Origin: Candidatus Saccharimonadota bacterium
Lineage (GTDB): Bacteria > Patescibacteriota > Saccharimonadia > Saccharimonadales > Saccharimonadaceae
Assembly (NCBI RefSeq): GCF_025273655.1
Contig: NZ_CP045921.1
Span: forward strand, 720,001-752,000
Direction: 5' to 3'
DNA length: 32,000 nt
Of this stretch, positions 18,195 through 24,535 are shown piece by piece. The stretch's first letter is position 1, and the number at the start of each line of letters is the position of its first letter. The notes under the pieces were generated by a model. That model made no database searches. It had not been told where the DNA came from and saw only the letters and a program-made list of their open reading frames with translations. The translations under genes and the position numbers were made by a program.

Positions 18195-18713
18195 CTATCG
18201 TGCAAGCGGTTCGGGGCTTTTGCCCAGATTACGCGCAACATAGTCTTCTATTTTTTGCTGATCATACGCCAGTAATGTTTCACTCCTGCGCCATGAGCTT
18301 AATTCTATCGGCGATTTATTGGTTGCTCTTGGTGCAAGGACTATCTTGGTTGGTTGAAACTTTGGATTCGCAAAAGGTGCTGACAAAAGTCGGGTCAATT
18401 TATCAACTTGGTCTTTCGGTAGGCTTGGTTGGTATGAAATGTAGATTCCCCCATGCTCCATATTGTGTACCAGTTGATCGTCGCGGACTTCTGTATCGTA
18501 CACGCCCCACGAAACAGGGTTTGCGTGAGCACCAGAAGTTGGCGGCTGGTCACCGCCATACTTCTTGCTGTCCACGTGTTCACGGCCGTGGTCACTTTGC
18601 TCAACCCCTGGACGTGGTGGTTCCGGTGGTTTGTTTGCCTTTGCAGCAATGATTGCTCCAGTAAAACCAAGAATAACAACTGCCAATACAATGGGCAGGG
18701 TTCTAATTTTCAT
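18195..18713 (-). CDS. DUF3105 domain protein, N-terminal membrane anchor
   Basis: LVHNMEHGGIYISYQP motif typical of DUF3105. It overlaps the upstream DUF305 gene by 11 nt. Confidence 0.75.
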   Translation of the reverse strand: MKIRTLPIVLAVVILGFTGAIIAAKANKPPEPPRPGVEQSDHGREHVDSKKYGGDQPPTSGAHANPVSWGVYDTEVRDDQLVHNMEHGGIYISYQPSLPKDQVDKLTRLLSAPFANPKFQPTKIVLAPRATNKSPIELSSWRRSETLLAYDQQKIEDYVARNLGKSPEPLAR

Positions 18714-19380
18714 AGCCCCAATCTTTTTGCCACTGCTTCATTTGCTTGATTTCTTGTGTCTGAGCAGAAACGACAGCCCTGGTAAGATCTTTTAGCTCTT
18801 GGTGCTGTGCGTTCTTCTCACCAGGAGCAGCCATGTCGATAGCCGACTGGTGGTGCATAATCATCTGCTCGATAAAGGCTTTATCAAACTCATCACCCGT
18901 CTTTCCCTCTAGGGCGCTGTTCATACCAGCCATCTCATCCATCATACCCATAGCGCTGTGATCCATCATGTTGTCGGCACTTGTCGATGGATAACCCCAT
19001 TCTTTTTGCCAAGCCGTCATCTGACTAATCTCACCCTCTTGAGCCGAGATGATGTCGTTCGCCATATCTTTCAACTCTTGGTGCTTGGCATTTTTCTGTG
19101 CCAGCTTTGCCATATCAACAGCACCTTGGTGGTGGGCTATCATATTGGCGATGAAATTACGGTCGTATGTCTCACCACTCATGGCTGCGTACTGCTTGTA
19201 TGTAGCACTATTGGTGTCAACGAGCGAGCCATTGTCTGTAGAGCCGCCCATATCCATGCCGGACATGCTGTCCGTATTTGATTTAGTCGTGTTGCCACGC
19301 AAGCCGTAGTAAAGTGCGCCGCCAGCTACTGCCAGCACGAGCACAACAGCAATGATAGTAAATAATTTCTTATTGTTCAT
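18703..19380 (-). CDS. DUF305 protein (two repeats) with Met-rich segments
   Basis: MIAHHQGAVDM and MIMHHQSAIDM, Met-rich linkers (SMSGMDMGG, DHSAMGMMDEMAGM) and an N-terminal TM. Confidence 0.85.
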   Translation of the reverse strand: MNNKKLFTIIAVVLVLAVAGGALYYGLRGNTTKSNTDSMSGMDMGGSTDNGSLVDTNSATYKQYAAMSGETYDRNFIANMIAHHQGAVDMAKLAQKNAKHQELKDMANDIISAQEGEISQMTAWQKEWGYPSTSADNMMDHSAMGMMDEMAGMNSALEGKTGDEFDKAFIEQMIMHHQSAIDMAAPGEKNAQHQELKDLTRAVVSAQTQEIKQMKQWQKDWGYEN

Positions 19381-19427
19381 AGATACTCCTAGATTAGCTA
19401 TTTAACGGTATTCGTAAATAGCTAATC

Positions 19428-19805
19428 TCAAGCGCGAAAGACAGCGAGCCTTATAAAAGCTGGCGTGCTGTCAGGAGGTGGTTCTCTATCTAGGGCAGCT
19501 CTTGTCTCTTGACCGTGCTTTTCTTCAAGGGCTAAGAGGGGCGATGTTTGGAACTGAACATAAAATGGAGGTTGCGGCTGGTCGTCCTCGTCTTTGTCAG
19601 TCTCCTTGATGATCTCATCTTTGTGAAGAGTTACTGTGGTACAGGCAGTAAAACAACTTGACGAACTCGTCTGATGAGATGCGCCGCCCATTGAGTGTCC
19701 CATGCTGCTCATAGGCTGTAATGCGGCTGCATGTACACCTAACGACAGTACGCTAAGTACTGTGAGCATAAATACGGAAACAACTCCATGGAAGACTCGT
19801 TTCAT
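19428..19805 (-). CDS. secreted hypothetical protein with Met/His-rich motif
   Basis: Signal-peptide-like N-terminus (..LSLGVHAAA), then PMSSMGHSMGGASHQ and an acidic stretch DKDEDDQ. Confidence 0.6.
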   Translation of the reverse strand: MKRVFHGVVSVFMLTVLSVLSLGVHAAALQPMSSMGHSMGGASHQTSSSSCFTACTTVTLHKDEIIKETDKDEDDQPQPPFYVQFQTSPLLALEEKHGQETRAALDREPPPDSTPAFIRLAVFRA

Positions 19806-19844
19806 ATCTCTATTTTACCGTACTTTGCTCTAAGCGTCATATTT

Positions 19845-20777
19845 CTAGTAGTTTGCCTCGCTGTAGTGAGGGAAGAAATCTTGATGGAGATTATCATTAG
19901 CAAGCCCACTCTCTTCTAATTGCTTACCGAGGGCCTCCACCATTGACTCGGCACCTGAAATATAAACCTGTGACGAACTAATATTGGGCACGAGTTCTGT
20001 GAGTTTTTCGGTAGTGAGCTGCTCTCCGATAACATAGTGCACCTTAAACTCTGGATGTCGCCTGCTGGCTTCTTCAAACTCCACTTTGAATGGTAACTCA
20101 TCAGTTCGACCATTATAAATAAGCGTTGCCGACACCGGCTGTCCGCTATGGCCTCTGGCTTTGAGCATACTGTAGAACGGGGTGATACCGATGCCACCCG
20201 CGATAAATACCAGCGGCTTTTCACTCTCTTGCCAGACAAAATCACCATCCGGCTGCTCAACAAGATTGATCGTGCTGCCGATTGGCAGCGCAGCGAGCGC
20301 CTGCTTAAAGGTGGTATCGGTAACGCGAGTTGTAATCTGAATATAGCCGTCATGGGGCATCGATGAGATTGTAAACCAGCGTTTCGTTCCCTCATCATCA
20401 GGATTATCATGAGGCAACTCAATACGAATGAATTGGCCTGGTGTCCATGAGATCGGTGTGTCCGCCTCGAATCGAAACGCCCAGACATTATCTGCTAGGT
20501 TCTCTTTGCTTGTGAGCGTGAGGGTATCGGTGCTATGGGTTTGATGGGTATATTTTTCAGGGTTTTTATCGAACAGTTGTACGCACGTCGCGCAGCAGAA
20601 ATAGTAGGTCTGTCCGTCATGTTGGCGGCTATGACCAAGCGCCTCTGCCTCGGCTTTGACGACGACATCGCCTGTCACTGGACAAATCGCCTGCGTATCG
20701 TCGAGCGTCGCTGGGTCAACGGCTGGCGCATCGCCGTGATGATGGTGATGATGTTCGTGATCGTGATGGTCGTGCAT
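19845..20777 (-). CDS. His-rich / YHS metal-binding domain fused to an FNR-type FAD/NAD(P)H oxidoreductase
   Basis: MHDHHDHEHHHHHH; YHS domain CPVTGDVV..GQTYYFCCATCVQLFDKNPEKY; FAD-binding GQFIRIEL and RWFTISS; NAD(P)-binding FIAGGIGITP. Confidence 0.8.
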   Translation of the reverse strand: MHDHHDHEHHHHHHGDAPAVDPATLDDTQAICPVTGDVVVKAEAEALGHSRQHDGQTYYFCCATCVQLFDKNPEKYTHQTHSTDTLTLTSKENLADNVWAFRFEADTPISWTPGQFIRIELPHDNPDDEGTKRWFTISSMPHDGYIQITTRVTDTTFKQALAALPIGSTINLVEQPDGDFVWQESEKPLVFIAGGIGITPFYSMLKARGHSGQPVSATLIYNGRTDELPFKVEFEEASRRHPEFKVHYVIGEQLTTEKLTELVPNISSSQVYISGAESMVEALGKQLEESGLANDNLHQDFFPHYSEANY

Positions 20778-20787
20778 AATCCCTCCT

Positions 20788-22896
20788 TTACAACCGTACT
20801 TTTCGTAAAAACTGCGCGTTTATAGCAACAACGATGGTCGATAGCGACATCAGTACCGCGCCAAACGCTGGTGACAATACAAAGCCGAGTGCTGATGTCA
20901 CACCTGCCGCAAGCGGAATTGCGAGGGCGTTGTAACCGGTTGCCCACGCAAGGTTCTGTACCATTTTGCTATACGTCTTTTTCGAGAGCGTGACGATTTT
21001 AGCAACCCCGCGCGGGTCACTGCTTGCCAGTACGATACCGGCTGATTCAATAGCAACATCAGTACCAGCGCCAATCGCAATACCAATATCGGCTTGCGTC
21101 AGGGCAGGCGCGTCATTGACGCCATCGCCGACCATTGCCACGCGGCTGCCGTCTGTTTGTAATTTCTTGACGGTTTCGGCTTTGTTTTCAGGTAGTACCT
21201 CGGCAAAGTATTCTTTGATACCAAGTTCCTTAGCTACCCATGCGGCCACACCCTTACTATCACCGGTCAGCATAGCGACGCGCTTGCCCATACTATGCAG
21301 CGTTGCCACGGCTTCTCTTGATTCTTTGCGTATCACATCGGCCAGCATGATCGCACCTAAGACATTTCTGCCCTCGATGACATACACAACCGTCTTACCA
21401 TCGTCCGAGGCTTTTTTGGTTGCCGCTCGCAGCGCGGCATCAAGCCGGACGGCGCGTTCTTCGAGGATTCGTGGGCCGCCAATATAGACAGACTTGCCGT
21501 TGATCGTTGCTCGTACACCACGACCAGAAAGTGCCGAAAAGTCAGTGGTGTGAATTTCCGGCACATTTTGACCGCGTGCATACTGGAAAATAGCTTTCGC
21601 AATTGGGTGTTCTGATTCGCGCTCTAGTGCAGCAGCGAGACTCAACATGCGGGTCTTGTCTTTCGCCACGACATCAACAACACCTTGTTCGCCTTTCGTA
21701 AGCGTGCCGGTTTTATCAAACAGTATCACGTCGATATTTCGCGCTGCTTCAAGTGCCATGCGTTGCCTAACAAGTAGGCCGTTCTTGGCGGCCAATGTGG
21801 TCGAGATGGCCGTGACAAGTGGTACGGCGAGGCCAAGGGCGTGCGGACAGGCGATTACTAGCACCGTTACAATACGCTCTAAAATAAATCCGGCCGATGC
21901 GCCCGCAATCCACCACGCAATCCAAGTAATCAGCGCTGCGCCAAGGGCAACAAAAGTTAAGTAAAACGCGGCTTTATCGGCTAGTATCTGAGTATTTGAC
22001 TTGCTGGTCTGCGCTTCTTCGACGAGTTTCATAATACCGGCGAGTGCCGTATCATTACCCACTTTTGTCGCTTTGATCGTCAGTGCGCCGCTGGCGTTAA
22101 TTGTGCCACCAATCACTTCGCTATCTGGCTTTTTGGCTACCGGCTTTGATTCGCCGGTGAGCATAGATTCATTGACCTCGGACGAGCCTTTAACGACCAC
22201 ACCATCAACTGGCACCCCAGCGCCTGGGCGGATTAGTAGCAAGTCGCCGACTTTCAGTTCACTAATCAAGACTTTTTTCGTTGTATCGCCGTCGATTAGC
22301 TCTGCCTCGTCAGGTAGTAGCTTGGCAAGCTCATTGAGTGCGCCCTGTGCATTTTGGACGGACGCCATTTCGAGCCAGTGGCCGAGCAGCATGATCGTCA
22401 CCAATGTTGCTAGCTCCCACCAGAAGTCCATACCGCTGACCACCTTGAATGTGACAAGCAGGCTATAGACGAACGCCACAGATATTGCCATCGAGATGAG
22501 TGTCATCATACCCGGCTGGCGAGCCGCTAGTTCGCCTCTGGCACTTTTGAGGAACACTAAACCGCCATAGAGAAAAATAGTCGTACCGAACACGGCCGGA
22601 ATATACTCGCTGCCGGTAAACATGAAATTCAGCCCGAACCAGCTTTGTACCGTATGCGAGAAAACGAGGGTCGGTATAGTCAGTAGCAAGCTCAACCAAA
22701 ACTTTTGCTTGAACATGTTGGGACTATGCCCGGCGTGCTTGTCGTGATCGTGTCCGTGTTGCTCTGGCTTTTGTTTTACTTTTTCGAGCGCCATGTGGCA
22801 CTTTGGACACATGCCAGGCTTGTCCGAGGTCACTTCGGGATGCATTGGACAAACATATACTGGCTGCGAATGTCCTTGATGGTGTGTATGGTTCAT
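20788..22896 (-). CDS. copB: copper-translocating P1B-3-type ATPase (CopB-like, CPH motif)
   Basis: His-rich N-terminus plus CPMHPEV..CPKCHMAL metal-binding domain; TGES; CPH in TM4 (ACPHALGLAVP); DKTGTLT; GDGVNDAP; YN in TM5; MSLSTIVVAIN in TM6. Confidence 0.95.
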   Translation of the reverse strand: MNHTHHQGHSQPVYVCPMHPEVTSDKPGMCPKCHMALEKVKQKPEQHGHDHDKHAGHSPNMFKQKFWLSLLLTIPTLVFSHTVQSWFGLNFMFTGSEYIPAVFGTTIFLYGGLVFLKSARGELAARQPGMMTLISMAISVAFVYSLLVTFKVVSGMDFWWELATLVTIMLLGHWLEMASVQNAQGALNELAKLLPDEAELIDGDTTKKVLISELKVGDLLLIRPGAGVPVDGVVVKGSSEVNESMLTGESKPVAKKPDSEVIGGTINASGALTIKATKVGNDTALAGIMKLVEEAQTSKSNTQILADKAAFYLTFVALGAALITWIAWWIAGASAGFILERIVTVLVIACPHALGLAVPLVTAISTTLAAKNGLLVRQRMALEAARNIDVILFDKTGTLTKGEQGVVDVVAKDKTRMLSLAAALERESEHPIAKAIFQYARGQNVPEIHTTDFSALSGRGVRATINGKSVYIGGPRILEERAVRLDAALRAATKKASDDGKTVVYVIEGRNVLGAIMLADVIRKESREAVATLHSMGKRVAMLTGDSKGVAAWVAKELGIKEYFAEVLPENKAETVKKLQTDGSRVAMVGDGVNDAPALTQADIGIAIGAGTDVAIESAGIVLASSDPRGVAKIVTLSKKTYSKMVQNLAWATGYNALAIPLAAGVTSALGFVLSPAFGAVLMSLSTIVVAINAQFLRKVRL

Positions 22897-23798
22897 GCCT
22901 GTTTCTCCATACTTTTATACTCAATCTCTTTAGGATCGCTTTCAAAGAGACTACTATCCTCTATCTGAATAGTTGAAAGATTGAATCCATACTTCTTCTC
23001 TAGTAGCTGCTTGGCCTGTATGAGGACGGACTGGGCGTTACGATTGCTTGCAACAACAAGGTGACCAGAAAATGTTTCGATACCACCTCCCACGGTTCGT
23101 GCGTGTAAATGATGCGTTGCTTCTACACCTTTGATTGATTTTAAGTCTTTATCTATGAGCGTTATATCGATACGAGTTGGTGTTGCGTCAATAAGAATGC
23201 GTAATGCATCCCTGATGATTCCGTAGGCTGCATATATCAAGATGATTGCGAAGATGAGTCCTGCCCAAGTGTCGGCTTCGTATACTTGGCCAACTTCGAT
23301 AAAGATTGCAGCAATAATGACTGCAATACTGCCAAGAAAGGCGTTCATAACATGCCAAAATGAACCACGAATATTTAGGTTTTCTTTTTGACCTCTATAC
23401 ATAATTACAAGCGAAGCTATTTCAAGACCTATCCCTCCGATTGCCATTGCAAACATCGGAGCGGCACTCATTTCTACAGGATTAGCTAGGCGATCAAGGC
23501 CACGGACTATAATGAATACTGCCATACCAAGCAGTAGAACTCCGTTAGTGAGTGCTGCTATTGTCTCTGCTCGCCGAAATCCGAATGTACGCTTTGTTGT
23601 GGGTTTAGTATGAGTGAGCTTAATTGCCACTAAAGAAACGCTTATAGCAACTACCGTAGACAACTCATGGGCAGCATCGGCGAGCAGCGATAGACTGCCG
23701 CTCACCAATGCTACTGTTATCTCGGCTATAAAATACGTCAACAATAGAGCTGCGCTTATTTTCAGTGCCTTTGTATTTGTAGAGCCGTGACCAATCAT
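22893..23798 (-). CDS. cation diffusion facilitator (CzcD/ZitB-like) with non-canonical transport site
   Basis: SLSLLADAAHELST (TM2), FWHVMNAFLGS (TM5) and a C-terminal CDF dimerisation domain. The stop overlaps the copB start by 4 nt. Confidence 0.9.
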   Translation of the reverse strand: MIGHGSTNTKALKISAALLLTYFIAEITVALVSGSLSLLADAAHELSTVVAISVSLVAIKLTHTKPTTKRTFGFRRAETIAALTNGVLLLGMAVFIIVRGLDRLANPVEMSAAPMFAMAIGGIGLEIASLVIMYRGQKENLNIRGSFWHVMNAFLGSIAVIIAAIFIEVGQVYEADTWAGLIFAIILIYAAYGIIRDALRILIDATPTRIDITLIDKDLKSIKGVEATHHLHARTVGGGIETFSGHLVVASNRNAQSVLIQAKQLLEKKYGFNLSTIQIEDSSLFESDPKEIEYKSMEKQA

Positions 23799-23841
23799 AT
23801 AGCTATCACTGCCTTTCTTGTGTCAAAACTATCAACTTTCA

Positions 23842-24099
23842 TTAGTAACCCCAATCATTTTTCCACTGCTTCATTTGAGCAGTTTCTTTACTTTGAGCTT
23901 CAACGATTGCCTTTGCCAAGTCTTTCACTTCCTGATGCTCGGCGTTCTTTTCACCAGGCGCAGCCATATCAAGCGCTCCTTGGTGGTGCATGATCATCTG
24001 CTCGATAAATGCCTTATCAAACTCATCACCGGTTTTGCCTTTAAGCTCGTTTTCCATACCGGCCATTTCGTCCATCATACCCATAGCCGAGTGATCCAT
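23842..24099 (-). CDS. single-repeat DUF305 protein without signal/anchor (85 aa)
   Basis: MDHSAMGMMDEMAGM.., MIMHHQGALDM, ..QMKQWKNDWGY. Its ATG abuts the stop of the repressor gene. It is a paralogue of the C-terminal half of 18703-19380. Confidence 0.75.
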   Translation of the reverse strand: MDHSAMGMMDEMAGMENELKGKTGDEFDKAFIEQMIMHHQGALDMAAPGEKNAEHQEVKDLAKAIVEAQSKETAQMKQWKNDWGY

Positions 24100-24384
24100 T
24101 TATTTCCCCCGAATGTTGTTTAGCTCATACAGTTTCATCATTTCTTCAATGGCTTTATCTTGCTCGGCAGGGTCGTGTGATCCCAGCGAGTGAGCCATGT
24201 GAGTACGCAGGTGGTTTTCTAGAATGAGCTTGTTGAGCGAAGCCAGTGATTTCTGAATTGCGAGGCTTTGCGTCAAGATGTCCATACAGTACACCTCGTT
24301 GTCTATAGCCCTTTCGAGCGCTTTGAATTGACCCTCAATCCTATGTGAACGATTTATTGCTTGCTTCTTAATCTCGGCTATCAT
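24100..24384 (-). CDS. CsoR/RcnR-family metal-sensing transcriptional repressor
   Basis: RSHRIEGQFKALERAI, with Cys33 (VYCMD) and His58/His62 (ENHLRTH) at the family ligand positions. Confidence 0.85.
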   Translation of the reverse strand: MIAEIKKQAINRSHRIEGQFKALERAIDNEVYCMDILTQSLAIQKSLASLNKLILENHLRTHMAHSLGSHDPAEQDKAIEEMMKLYELNNIRGK

Positions 24385-24393
24385 ACGTCTATG

Positions 24394-24414
24394 ATATACC
24401 CTATGGGAGTATAT
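24394..24414. promoter_or_regulatory. CsoR-type operator-like dyad overlapping a leaderless-type promoter
   Basis: ATATACCCTATGGGAGTATAT (TATACCC..GGGAGTATA imperfect dyad), 10-30 nt upstream of the repressor ATG. On the minus strand TATCAT lies 6 nt upstream of the ATG. Confidence 0.4.
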
Positions 24415-24487
24415 TTCAACTATGTATTAGCAAAAAGTTTACGGCTTGCCAAAGCTGCAAAGCTATTTTTCTTTCAGAAAAACAGCC

Positions 24488-24521
24488 AACTCCCCAAACG
24501 ACTAAAGTCGTTTACGGAGTT
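24488..24521 (-). terminator. terminator after the RloC-like gene
   Basis: The minus strand reads AACTCCGTAAACGAC-ttta-GTCGTTTGGGGAGTT (15-bp stem with 2 mismatches), followed by ggctgTTTTT. Confidence 0.5.
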
Positions 24522-24535
24522 ACGTATAAAAGCAC

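Noticed and set aside
19916-20488. 190-aa alternative-frame ORF on the same strand as the YHS-flavoreductase gene
   Set aside because: The annotated frame carries all recognisable YHS/FAD/NAD motifs, whereas the alternative frame is Arg/Ser-rich noise.
20966-22468. Three antisense ORFs (173, 105 and 155 aa) within copB
   Set aside because: copB is unambiguous across its full length (TGES, CPH, DKTGT, GDGVNDAP). The antisense products are low-complexity Ser/Ala/Thr/Pro strings.
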